Shown: piece after piece, positions 52,807 through 61,488 of the stretch
Layout of the letters: each line of letters begins with the position of its first letter
Position numbering within the stretch: position 1 is the first letter of the stretch
Source: Arenicellales bacterium
GTDB taxonomy: Bacteria; Pseudomonadota; Gammaproteobacteria; Arenicellales; JAJDZL01
NCBI GenBank assembly: GCA_965200765.1
Contig: OZ241380.1
Location: forward strand, 1,170,417-1,234,416
Length of the DNA stretch: 64,000 nt
Direction of reading: 5' to 3'
The notes under the pieces: generated by a model
Databases searched by the model: none
Told to the model about the DNA's origin: nothing
Seen by the model: the letters and a program-made list of their open reading frames with translations, nothing else
Made by a program: the position numbers and the translations under genes

Positions 52807-54858
52807 GTGAATTCACTTCGTCGCCTTTTGAGAGCTCGCAGCATCGCGGTTGTGGGCGGCACCGAGGCGGCAAAATCCATTATGCAATGCGACCGGCTTG
52901 GATTTGATGGCGAGATTTGGCCAGTGAATCCCAAGCAGAGTCAAATGGCAGGCAGAACTTGCTTTGCTTCAGTCAAAGAACTGCCTGCAGTTCCTGAAGC
53001 TGCGTTTGTTGCAGTGCCGCGCGAATCCACAATTCAGGTAGTACGACACCTCGCCGAGCTCGGAACAAGCGGAGTCGTGTGCTACGCGTCCGGATTTGCC
53101 GAAGTGGGTGATGAAGGAGTGGGTTTTCAGAATCAGCTTGTTGAAGCAGCCGGGTCAATGGCACTGATTGGACCGAACTGCTATGGTGTATTCAACTATC
53201 TGGACGGTTTGGCGTTGTGGCCGGACGAAAGCGGCGGACAACGTTGCAATCGCGGTGTCGCAATCATCAGTCAGAGTGGCAACATCTCGATCAACTTCAC
53301 GATGCAACGACGCGGCCTACCGATTGCGTACCTGATTTCGACAGGAAATATGGCAGGAGTGAAAACACATGACTATATTCATGCCATGCTCGAAGATGAT
53401 CAAGTGACAGCAATTGGCTTGTATCTGGAAGGAATCACTGATGCGGTAGCATTGTCGGAAGCGGCAATTTGTGCACTGAAGAAAAAGAAACCTATCGTCA
53501 TACTTGAATCCGGACATTCTGATATCGGCTCGCAAGTCACAAAAACCCATTCCAGTTCACTCAGTGGACAGAAAGAAGTCAATCGGGCATTCTTTCAGAC
53601 GTATGGCATGATTACTGTTGACACAATACCCACACTCCTTGAAACTCTGAAATTTGTGTCGTTAGTTCCGCCTATGGAGGACAATTCGATTGCAACAATC
53701 AGTTGTTCCGGAGGGGAAGCCGCATTGATGGCGGATCTGGCAGAGAAATACAATCTGGAGTTTGCCAGTTTTTCGGATGATCAGTGTAAAAAATTATTTG
53801 ATGTTCTTGGAGACAGGGTAGTTATTTCCAATCCGTTGGACTACCATACTTTTATCTGGGGCCTGTCGCACGAGCAAGAGCAATGTTTTCAGGCAGTATT
53901 CGAAGGGAATCAGGCAGTCACTATCAAGGCATTTGACTATCCCGACCCTGCATTGTGCGACACTGCAACCTGGGATGACACCATGGCAGCAGTCATTCAG
54001 GCAAAGAAAAAAACCAATGCGAATGTAGCACTGGTTGCTTCAATGCACGAAAACACATCTGAATCAATGCAAGCACGATTGCTGGAAAACGGTATTGCAC
54101 CTATGCTTGGAATGGACGAGTGTTTTCAGGCAGTATTTGCGTCGGTTGAGTATGCTACCCACTGTCATCAGGTGAATTCGCTTCAAGCATTGGTTGCAGT
54201 TCGTTTGGCCCAGCAATGCGACGTTGAGACACTGACAGAGCATCAGGGTAAACAGGAACTTGCCAAGTATGGATTGCGGATACCCGAAGGCATCGAATGT
54301 GTAACTGTTGAAGAATCCGTGCAAGCCGCAGAGACACTTGGATATCCAGTGGTTGTCAAGGCATCGTCCACAGAAATCGTTCACAAAACGGACGTGAATG
54401 CGGTGCATTTGAACCTACTGTGCGAAAACGATGTTCGCGCTGCAATTCGGTCCATGCAGAACATTGCCAATCGATTTCTTGTTGAGCGTATGGAAACATC
54501 GCCTCATTTGGAGTTATTTGTCGGTGTCAGGCATGACGAAACTTTTGGATTTGTGATGATTATTGGAGCAGGGGGTATTTTGGTTGAACTGGTTCAGGAC
54601 ACAACGATTTTGCTGTTTCCAATCAACAAGACAGGTATTCGGCAGGCACTGGACAAATTGAACATCGGCAAATTGATTGAAGGGTATCGCAACAAGCGAG
54701 GCAACATGGAAGCTGTAGTTGCAGCCATACTGGCAGTTGCCGCTTATGTAGAAGCAAATGCAGATTCACTGATTGAACTGGATGTGAATCCGCTTGGCAT
54801 AGACAGTTCAGGCGCGATAGTATTGGATGCCCATGTCAGGAAGTACAACCCTGTTTGA
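52807..54858 (+). CDS. ADP-forming acyl-CoA synthetase (CoA-binding plus ATP-grasp domains)
   Basis: LLRARSIAVVGGT (CoA-binding Rossmann), GPNC.GV.N, and a C-terminal ATP-grasp region (..GYPVVVKASS..I.HKTD..AV.L..). The probable start is GTG 52807; the track begins at TTG 52726. Confidence 0.7.
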   Translation: MNSLRRLLRARSIAVVGGTEAAKSIMQCDRLGFDGEIWPVNPKQSQMAGRTCFASVKELPAVPEAAFVAVPRESTIQVVRHLAELGTSGVVCYASGFAEVGDEGVGFQNQLVEAAGSMALIGPNCYGVFNYLDGLALWPDESGGQRCNRGVAIISQSGNISINFTMQRRGLPIAYLISTGNMAGVKTHDYIHAMLEDDQVTAIGLYLEGITDAVALSEAAICALKKKKPIVILESGHSDIGSQVTKTHSSSLSGQKEVNRAFFQTYGMITVDTIPTLLETLKFVSLVPPMEDNSIATISCSGGEAALMADLAEKYNLEFASFSDDQCKKLFDVLGDRVVISNPLDYHTFIWGLSHEQEQCFQAVFEGNQAVTIKAFDYPDPALCDTATWDDTMAAVIQAKKKTNANVALVASMHENTSESMQARLLENGIAPMLGMDECFQAVFASVEYATHCHQVNSLQALVAVRLAQQCDVETLTEHQGKQELAKYGLRIPEGIECVTVEESVQAAETLGYPVVVKASSTEIVHKTDVNAVHLNLLCENDVRAAIRSMQNIANRFLVERMETSPHLELFVGVRHDETFGFVMIIGAGGILVELVQDTTILLFPINKTGIRQALDKLNIGKLIEGYRNKRGNMEAVVAAILAVAAYVEANADSLIELDVNPLGIDSSGAIVLDAHVRKYNPV

Positions 54859-55181
54859 ATCGCCATCCCAAAATCGGGGCATCTTGGGAAGGATTTTTCA
54901 TTGAAAGCATTATTCAAATTCTTGGAATGGATGAACGACACTGTTATTTCTGGGCGACGCATGGCGGGGCAGAAATTGATTTTGTTGTAATTGAGAAAGG
55001 AAGTCTGCGGGGATTTGAAATCAAACGAACCTCTTCGCCGAAAATTACACCTTCCATGCGAATCGCAGTGGAAGATCTGAACCTGAGCCAGCTTGATGTG
55101 ATTCACGCAGGGGCACGGACATTCCAGCTTGATGAACGAATTCGAGCCGTTGCGGCAGATCGCTTATTGGAGGATATCTGA
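54855..55181 (+). pseudogene. C-terminal fragment of a DUF4143-containing AAA ATPase gene
   Basis: HPKIGASWEGFFIESII....YFWATHGGAEIDFVVIEKG...GFEIKRTSSP is the typical C-terminal third of proteins of about 400 aa. There is no upstream ATPase part and no genuine start codon. It is wedged between the acyl-CoA synthetase and caiD. Confidence 0.6.
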
Positions 55182-55348
55182 AACCGCAATGATCAAGCAA
55201 AGCATCTTTGATTCGCCTCGATTGTCCTGTGTTCAACCGGTGTGAAATTTGACAATGAGTATACTATTGGAAGCAGTATGGACAATTTCGTCTGTACGCT
55301 ACGCAATCATCAAATGATTTCAAAGTCAATCTATCAGGGAAACAGCAA

Positions 55349-56134
55349 ATGAGTGCAGAATTGAATGTCGTCCGAGACGGAGCCATTCTTGAAGTTACGA
55401 TCAATCGTCCGAAAGCGAATGCGATTAATGTCGCCATCAGTCAGGAAATGGGTGAGATTTTCAGTAATTTTCGAGACGATCCAGATTTGCGCGTTGCGAT
55501 TGTTACTGGTGCAGGGGAGAAATTTTTCTCGGCTGGATGGGATTTGAAGGATGTTGCATCAGGTGATGCGGGTTTCGATGATGACTACGGTGCTGGTGGA
55601 TTTGCCGGTTTGACGGAGATGCACGACCTGAACAAACCAGTTATTGCGGCTGTCAATGGTATGGCAGTAGGCGGGGGATTTGAAATCGCCTTGTCGTGTG
55701 ACATGATTATTGCTGCTGATCATGCAGAATTTTTTCTGCCAGAAATCAAGGTTGGGGTGGTCGCCGATGCGGCCACTTTCAGATTGCCTAATCGTATTCC
55801 GCGTGCCATCGCGATCGAAATGCTGATGACTGGCAGACGAATGTCGGCAGGGGAAGCTCATGGATGGGGACTTGTCAATCGCGTCGTGGATGCCAACCAG
55901 TTGATGGCTGCATCGCGCGAACTAGCAACTACCATCGCGGAAGGAGCACCAATTGTTGTGCGAGCTATCAAGGAGATTCTGCGCAAGACAGAGGGTGTTC
56001 AAGTTGAAGACTGCTATCGAATGATGCACGACGGGAAGTTCGAGGGGTATGAAGAAATGATGCACTCTGCTGATGCTTTGGAAGGCCCCAAGTCGTTTGC
56101 CGAGAAAAGAGACCCAAACTGGAAAGGCAACTGA
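55349..56134 (+). CDS. caiD: carnitinyl-CoA dehydratase (crotonase family)
   Basis: Collinear with E. coli CaiD across its length: ILE.T..RPKANAI......EMGE.F.NFRDDP.LRVAI.TGAGEKFFSAGWDLK...GGFAGLTE...L.KPVIAAVNG.A.GGGFE.AL..D.....MTGRRM.A.EA..WG.VNRVV...L...AREL......GAP....A.KEI.......GP..FAEKRDP.WKG. Confidence 0.9.
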   Translation: MSAELNVVRDGAILEVTINRPKANAINVAISQEMGEIFSNFRDDPDLRVAIVTGAGEKFFSAGWDLKDVASGDAGFDDDYGAGGFAGLTEMHDLNKPVIAAVNGMAVGGGFEIALSCDMIIAADHAEFFLPEIKVGVVADAATFRLPNRIPRAIAIEMLMTGRRMSAGEAHGWGLVNRVVDANQLMAASRELATTIAEGAPIVVRAIKEILRKTEGVQVEDCYRMMHDGKFEGYEEMMHSADALEGPKSFAEKRDPNWKGN

Positions 56135-56265
56135 GAACCTGCGAGATGAGTTAGTTCCGCAGTTACCAGGTTGTTGAATTTATGTGCAATTTTGATTGCC
56201 TTTGACTTTGAATACTTGAACAGGTTAAAATACTTCCCATCTTCACTACTACTTAGGAGAATCTG

Positions 56266-56511
56266 ATGAAGCAAACACCAACCAAATCCAAGAAAGACAG
56301 ATTGTTCTCCGGTGAATTAGATTTCATTGATGAGATTGGAGAGGCATTTACTCCACCCGATTTTATTGAATTGCCCAAGTCCAAGCCCAAGAGTATGTTA
56401 GAACTTCGTATGGAAAATATTCACAATATGCGCAATCATTTTCGCAAGGCATTAGCTGAATTGGGGCTTAAAAAGGAAAATTCGGACGGTAGTCAGAGGA
56501 GAAAGGGCTGA
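56266..56511 (+). CDS. hypothetical small protein (81 aa)
   Basis: An AGGAGA RBS sits 5 nt before ATG 56266. The protein is Lys-rich with no recognisable motif. Its 3' end runs into repeat copy A. Confidence 0.4.
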   Translation: MKQTPTKSKKDRLFSGELDFIDEIGEAFTPPDFIELPKSKPKSMLELRMENIHNMRNHFRKALAELGLKKENSDGSQRRKG

Positions 56512-56920
56512 TTGCGCGTGGCAGAGGCGGCAGGTGCGATGCGTCTGAATCTCTAAATCACCATTTTGCAACACGGAAAACCTCGGGTAAAGCCTCAAAA
56601 TCGCCTTCAAAGTCGTTTTCATACCGCAATCAACTATACGGATAACTTGACAAGAGGTCCCAGAAGCTGGAGCTCGCCGCAGCTGCTTTCTGTTTTTCGC
56701 CGCACGCGCTTCGGCAATTCTTTTTCTATTCACTCGTCCGAATGACCGAACCAGTTCGGTTGGTTCGTCTGGCACTTCTCGCTACGAAAATTCGTCGGGC
56801 TTGAAATCTTTCTTGTCAATGTTGCTCATTGTATTCGCGAATGCTATTCGACTGGCTTATATCCGCCTAGTGAATACTCCTTATGATGTGTCCTTTCAAG
56901 TTGTTTACTCATATCTTTGG
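56505..56920. repeat. direct repeat copy A (about 416 bp) of an unclassified element
   Basis: Aligns with 58965..59421 at high identity, apart from a roughly 42-bp indel. Its small minus-strand ORF (ATG 56829) is interrupted by TAG at 56782-56784. Confidence 0.85.
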
Positions 56921-57044
56921 AAACTAAAATAAAATTGATAAATCCTTGTCCAGTTAATTAGTAGGCCAAGACGATGTTTTCGTCTACAGAAATTATTTAT
57001 TTTTATTGGTATGGTTAGGATTAGTTATAAATCCCTTTCAATAA

Positions 57045-57752
57045 TCACTCTACAGATTCCGCGTCTAAGCAGGATAGCAGTGGACCCGCCCCTTTGCGCT
57101 GACTGTCACTGCCTTGACGCATCAATGAAGTGTCCGGATTGACTTCAATCTGAGAATATTCTTCGGCCCAAACTTGTTTCATGGAGTGTGCCATTGCACT
57201 TTCCCAACTTTGCTTCAATGTCCAATATCTGTTCTCGTCACTATAATCGGACAAGTTCTGTATCTGATCACGTGTTATAACCCTATCTTCAGCACCCGCA
57301 TGGTTTCGTATCAAAGCCAAGAAGCCGTTCTGTATAGCCCTATCTTCAGTGTCTGAAATCGCCCCCTGCATCGCAAGGGCCAATTCCGAGGAATGGTTAT
57401 TTTTCTGGACAAGCGAAGAAAGCGAACTCTCAACGACTAACTGATTGTCACTGTCTATTTTTCCGATTAGAATACTGTCAATGTCTATTTTGCTTGATTC
57501 TGTTACATAACCTATCGGATATGTATAAATTATTTCTATATTTTCCAAGATTTCTGGAGCAAATAAAGCCGCACCTGTCCAAAATGATACATCCAGCGGC
57601 GTAACTTTATTCACAGACAACAGGCAAGGATGCGCATCGTCTTGTGACTGGGCGAAAGCGGTGGGAACACAAGTTGCGATTAAAATGAAGTACAGGCCAA
57701 TTGCACAACATTTCAGAGGATATTTGACGTAAATCATCTTCAATATTACCAT
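57045..57752 (-). CDS. hypothetical secreted protein (signal peptide)
   Basis: The N-terminus ..KCCAIGLYFILIATCVPTAFA|QSQ looks like a Sec signal peptide. No recognisable domain. AT-rich. The start abuts the stop of the upstream membrane-protein ORF (shared position 57752). Confidence 0.55.
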   Translation of the reverse strand: MVILKMIYVKYPLKCCAIGLYFILIATCVPTAFAQSQDDAHPCLLSVNKVTPLDVSFWTGAALFAPEILENIEIIYTYPIGYVTESSKIDIDSILIGKIDSDNQLVVESSLSSLVQKNNHSSELALAMQGAISDTEDRAIQNGFLALIRNHAGAEDRVITRDQIQNLSDYSDENRYWTLKQSWESAMAHSMKQVWAEEYSQIEVNPDTSLMRQGSDSQRKGAGPLLSCLDAESVE

Positions 57753-58207
57753 TACCCAGGTACTAATGCGACCACTATGGCGGGCAAGAAGACACCTGCA
57801 AGAAAAAGCCGAATGTAACTATAACGAAATTCTGTTAACGATATAAGAAATCCAAGGTATGCAGAAAAACCAATGATCCAGGCCAATGCTATCCAGGACG
57901 ATGGTTCTATTAAATAACCTTTAAGTATAATGTTAGATATGTCAGGGTCAATCGGCCGTTCAGCCCGTCCATAAAACCTGGAAATGAGAACAATAATTAT
58001 ATAGGAAACTGCTCCTGATGTTGCAACAAGAAATCGCTTGAAAACATTAATCTTTTTTTCTGAACCAGAAAAATACGCATCAGTTAGTCTTCTTACGAGT
58101 TCGCCCAAGGCAATCGTCAGCACGACCGCCATGCTACCGGCGATGAGCAGATGCATGGTGGATTGGCCGCGCAGGAAATGGTCGTCGAGCAGAAAGTCGC
58201 GACCCAC
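57752..58207 (-). CDS. hypothetical integral membrane protein (about 4 TM)
   Basis: Four hydrophobic segments (LLIAGSMAVVLTIALG, FLVATSGAVSYIIIVLI, WIALAWIIGFSAYLGFLI, LFLAGVFLPAIVVALV). The probable true start is Met at 58156, because the tracked N-terminus runs into a GC-rich foreign-looking stretch. Confidence 0.5.
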   Translation of the reverse strand: MGRDFLLDDHFLRGQSTMHLLIAGSMAVVLTIALGELVRRLTDAYFSGSEKKINVFKRFLVATSGAVSYIIIVLISRFYGRAERPIDPDISNIILKGYLIEPSSWIALAWIIGFSAYLGFLISLTEFRYSYIRLFLAGVFLPAIVVALVPG

Positions 58208-58964
58208 GCGTGCGTTGATTTACTCTAGGGATTTTCGCCGGTCAAGGGTCTGCTTCCATTTGCGGGTGTTGCGCGGATATGGACCGAAGGTGCGTATGGG
58301 TTGCCTTGCCGTGAAAATCCTGGTATGTTTGAACGTGTAAAACCCTTACAACCTGATCATCGCAAAAAAAATTTGCTGTTCGAGTTGGTTTCGTAGTTGC
58401 CAAGTTGTTGATTTAACGCGCGAATTCGACTGCTTGAAATTTTTTGTACCCCAAGAATCGGCGTTTTTCAGGCTTCAAACACCAATTTGGCCTGTTTTTG
58501 CCGATTTTCTACCCCATGCTTCGCGGGCACGCGTCAGCATCCTCAAGATCTGGTGCAATTTGTTGTTTACATTCAAAAAAAGTGTTGCCATGAAAGTCCT
58601 CCAAAGATTCAATGAACCTAAATTTGAAGTCTTTCAAGAGGTACTGGAAGCTTCAGGAGAAGCAATCATGGCGAAACCCAATTCGATGTTCTATTGTAGC
58701 CTGCTCGGCGGGGAAAGTCTTGACGAATCCGCTTAGCTTGGTTCTTTTACGGACGGTGATAGAGCACATACAGTATGATGAGTTGGTGAAGATTTAGAAA
58801 TATTACTGGATAAGCGGTCGCGAGTACTGACCGGTGGATTTGATGCTCAATGCGTTCTACGCAGTGATGGTGTAGCAGTCGCTTGGTGGAGTCATTGCGG
58901 TGCAATCTGGCGGTATCTGGACTCTGAATAAGGTTTACGGATTCAAGCCGGAGACGGACAGACA

Positions 58965-59421
58965 CGCCTGAATGCGAGTGGCAGAGGCGGCATGTGCGAT
59001 GCGTTCGAATCTCGAAATCACCATTTTGTACCTTGGAAAACCTCGGGTAAAGCCTCAAAATCGCCTTCCAAGTCGTTTTCAACCGCAATCAACTTCGGCA
59101 CAGCGGATTAGTTTGCCTTCAAAAAATTTGGGAACTATACGGATAACTTGGTAATAGCTCCCAGAAGCAGGAGCTCACTGCAGTTGCTTTCTGTTTTTCG
59201 CCGCACGCGCATCGGCAATTCTTTTTCTATTCACTCGTCCGAATGCCCGAACCAGTTCGGTTGGATCGTCTGGCATTTCCCGCTGCGAAAATTCGTCGGG
59301 CTTGAAATCTTTCTTGTCATTGTTGCTCATTGTACTCGCGAATGCTGCTCGACTGGCTTATATCCGCCTAGTGAATACTCCTTATGATGTGTCCTTTCAA
59401 GTTGTTTACTCATATCTTTGG
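58965..59421. repeat. direct repeat copy B (about 457 bp) of the same unclassified element
   Basis: See copy A. It contains an extra segment ttcggcacagcggattagtttgccttcaaaaaatttgggaac and an intact small ORF. Confidence 0.85.
59175..59330 (-). CDS. small basic hypothetical protein (51 aa) encoded within repeat copy B
   Basis: My own translation (too short for the track): MSNNDKKDFKPDEFSQREMPDDPTELVRAFGRVNRKRIADARAAKNRKQLQ*. The ORF contains the palindrome CCGAAC-ca-GTTCGG, and a short hairpin follows the stop. The copy-A homologue carries a premature stop. Confidence 0.35.
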   Translation of the reverse strand: MSNNDKKDFKPDEFSQREMPDDPTELVRAFGRVNRKRIADARAAKNRKQLQ

Positions 59422-59475
59422 GAGAATCCTGGGTTACAGGAATTGAATTTTCAGGAAAAGCGACTCAACCAAAAT

Positions 59476-59867
59476 CTAGTTTAGAGTTCCTTTTATCCAT
59501 TTGATTGCTCTTTTTAGCCTGTCAATATTATCTTTGAAGTTTCCCATTCCTGTATTGCAATCATTGCAAACATAGCCTCTTATTGCTCCAGTACTGTGAT
59601 TGTGATCTAGATTCACATCCCTATTTTTTTGAACGATCATGGTGCGTTTGCAGATAGGGCAAGTAAACTCATCTCCTATCTCGGGCGAGGATTACTGCTT
59701 TCAAAATCCTTTTTCAATCTGTCTGGAATGTGTGGATATCGCTTTGCTTTCTTTCTGCATTCTTTGCATTCACTTCGTCTTGCAACAATGTTTCCCTTGA
59801 AGTACTGATTTTTTTCAAATGCTTCGATGCTCAAGACACGTTGGCACGCCTTGCAACGTTTTTCCAA
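59476..59867 (-). pseudogene. endonuclease VII (PF02945-like) zinc-finger nuclease gene, split by a frameshift near 59676-59695
   Basis: The N-terminal ORF (59676..59867) is MEKRCKACQRVLS..ECKECRKKAK (Cys4-type). A different frame (59476..59691) encodes DEFTCPICKRTMIVQKNRDVNLDHNHSTGAIRGYVCNDCNTGMGNFKDNIDRLKRAIKWI, the C..C...DH.H.TG..RG.LC..CN...G signature. That second part has no own start codon before the CPIC motif. Confidence 0.65.
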
Positions 59868-60693
59868 GGTTCCAAGAAAGATTTTGCTGTTTTGCTCTTT
59901 CCAATCGTCCTATTGCAATCTGGCAATACTTTTCGTTTATTTCGCTTCCCAGGTACTTCCGTCCATTCGACTTTGCCATTACAGCAGTTGTGCCAGAACC
60001 AGTAAAAGGGTCGTATACAAGTTCGTTCGGATTGCTCCATGACACAATGTGGTCTTCTGCCAGCTTTTCAGGAAAAATCGCTGGGTGGGCAAATGCGATG
60101 GTGTCAGAGGCAGAGTGCCCTTTGCCAATCTTGTATTCCCAGACATTCGTTCTTCTGCCATGATTTTCATAGCCGGTGCGCTGGATTTTGAGCAGTGTTC
60201 CATCGCTCAGTCTCTTGGTGCTTCTGTCGCCCTTTCTTGCATCCTTGTTTTGGCGGTCTTTGATAAGATTGATCGTTTTCGGCAATCCTTTGCTGAAAAC
60301 GAACATGTACTCGAACGACTGCCAGTATGTCTTGCTGTTGCCGACAGCTCCTCTCGGTGGTTTCAGGTAGATCATTGTGTCGAACAAGTTGAAGCCAATT
60401 TCCTTGAAATGGAGCACCTGTCTAAACGATGTGCCAGATTCGTTGCCGTCAATTGTCTCATCTCCGACAATCCAGACAACTACGCCGCCTTTTTTCACAA
60501 CCCGTAAAAGTTCCAGACTAATTTCCCTGAATTCAATGAGAGAATTGCCTTCGTACTCTCGCATATTGTCATAGGGCGGGGAAGTCACAACCAAGTCTAC
60601 GAAATTGTCTGGCATATTGGCCATAGTAGCAAGACAATTTTCGTTCAGGATTTGATTCAACTGCAGTCTCTTGTTTTTTCGACTATCTTTCAT
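59815..60693 (-). CDS. beta-class DNA methyltransferase (N6-adenine or N4-cytosine; PF01555-type)
   Basis: Motif IV VVTSPPYDN near the N-terminus and motif I YDPFTGSGTTAVMA near the C-terminus (order IV then I indicates beta class). 292 aa. The 3' end overlaps the endonuclease-VII ORF by 53 nt. Confidence 0.85.
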   Translation of the reverse strand: MKDSRKNKRLQLNQILNENCLATMANMPDNFVDLVVTSPPYDNMREYEGNSLIEFREISLELLRVVKKGGVVVWIVGDETIDGNESGTSFRQVLHFKEIGFNLFDTMIYLKPPRGAVGNSKTYWQSFEYMFVFSKGLPKTINLIKDRQNKDARKGDRSTKRLSDGTLLKIQRTGYENHGRRTNVWEYKIGKGHSASDTIAFAHPAIFPEKLAEDHIVSWSNPNELVYDPFTGSGTTAVMAKSNGRKYLGSEINEKYCQIAIGRLERAKQQNLSWNLGKTLQGVPTCLEHRSI

Positions 60694-60818
60694 CTGTAAA
60701 CGTCGGTTGCTTTCTGATCTCTTGAATTATATACAAGCTATGTTCCTGTGAATGCGAAATGCCGTCGGCATCATGTTCGACTGCCTGGATGCTTACCCAG
60801 CTGGCTATTTCGCTCGCG

Positions 60819-61392
60819 CTAGTCGACATCGTTCACCATTTCTTTATATATCAGATGCTTGCCGTCCATGCCCTTGCCAACGCTTGCCGTCTGGTCGGTC
60901 GTGTCAAGCTCGCGGATATTATGCCTCCCAGCAAACTCATTTACATATCGGTGAAGATGCTAGATGCTCATTTGGTGGTATGGTTCCCATGTAGTCCCGC
61001 TTCAGCATCGCCCAGAACGACTCAATCCCGTTCGTATGCGCCATGCCGTTCATGAGATTCCCTAGCCGCATGCTTGACTGCGCTGTGCTCAAAATCAACC
61101 ACGCCCAAGTACGCTTTCGCTTCGTCTGTGAATACAGTCGATCCAGTTTCAACATTATCGGCAATGAACCCCTGCAATGTCGGCTTGTCGGTCTCGGATA
61201 CAGACTTCGCAACAACTTTCCAGCTCCCTCTCTCCTTTGTGCCTACTACGGCAATCTTGCCAACCGCCCCGCGCCCTGCATTCAACTACTTAGACGCATG
61301 CTTGTTTCGCTTCTTGCCGCCGACATAGGTCTCGTCCACTTCCACTACGCCCTCCATTCTGTCCAGCAAGCAATTCCCAAGGTTGTTGTATT
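60819..61392 (-). pseudogene. IS1595-family (ISXO2-like) transposase, C-terminal DDE part, with at least 3 frame disruptions
   Basis: Pieces in three frames: ..LLDRMEGVVEVDETYVGGKKRNKHASK*, then NAGRGAVGKIAVVGTKERGSWKVVAKSV....GSTVFTDEAKAY...FEHSAVKH.., then ..MAHTNGIESFWAMLKRDYMGT.., then ..HLHRYVNEFAGRHNIRELDTTDQTASVGKGMDGKHLIYKEMV*. This is the canonical order of IS1595 catalytic-domain blocks. Confidence 0.75.
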
Positions 61393-61488
61393 TTGCAAAA
61401 ATCTATGAAGTTGTGATAATATTATTTTTTGTCTATTCAAACAAAACGAAGTAGCAATGTTCAACAACCACGAGGGAGTGAAAGAAAA

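Noticed and set aside
58340-58965. Track ORFs 58434..58736(+) and 58747..59088(-), and possible transposase-like fragments in the GC-rich patch at 58160-58330.
   Set aside because: I translated all frames and found no convincing family motif or start/RBS context. The region may be debris of an unidentified element, so it is left unannotated.
58978-59030. A GTGCGATGCGTTCGAATC.. stretch in the 0.4-kb repeat looks superficially like a tRNA T-arm (GTTCGAATC) or a group II intron 5' end (GTGCG).
   Set aside because: The flanking bases do not form a T-stem or an acceptor stem. No reverse-transcriptase or maturase ORF and no intron domain V/VI-like sequence were seen. Copy A has TCTGAATC instead, so the motif is not conserved.
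56200-60700. The small-ORF-rich region with repeats could be a chromosomal integron cassette array, or a retron/DGR.
   Set aside because: There is no intI, and the repeats (over 400 bp) are far longer than attC sites. No reverse transcriptase is present, so a retron or DGR is unsupported.
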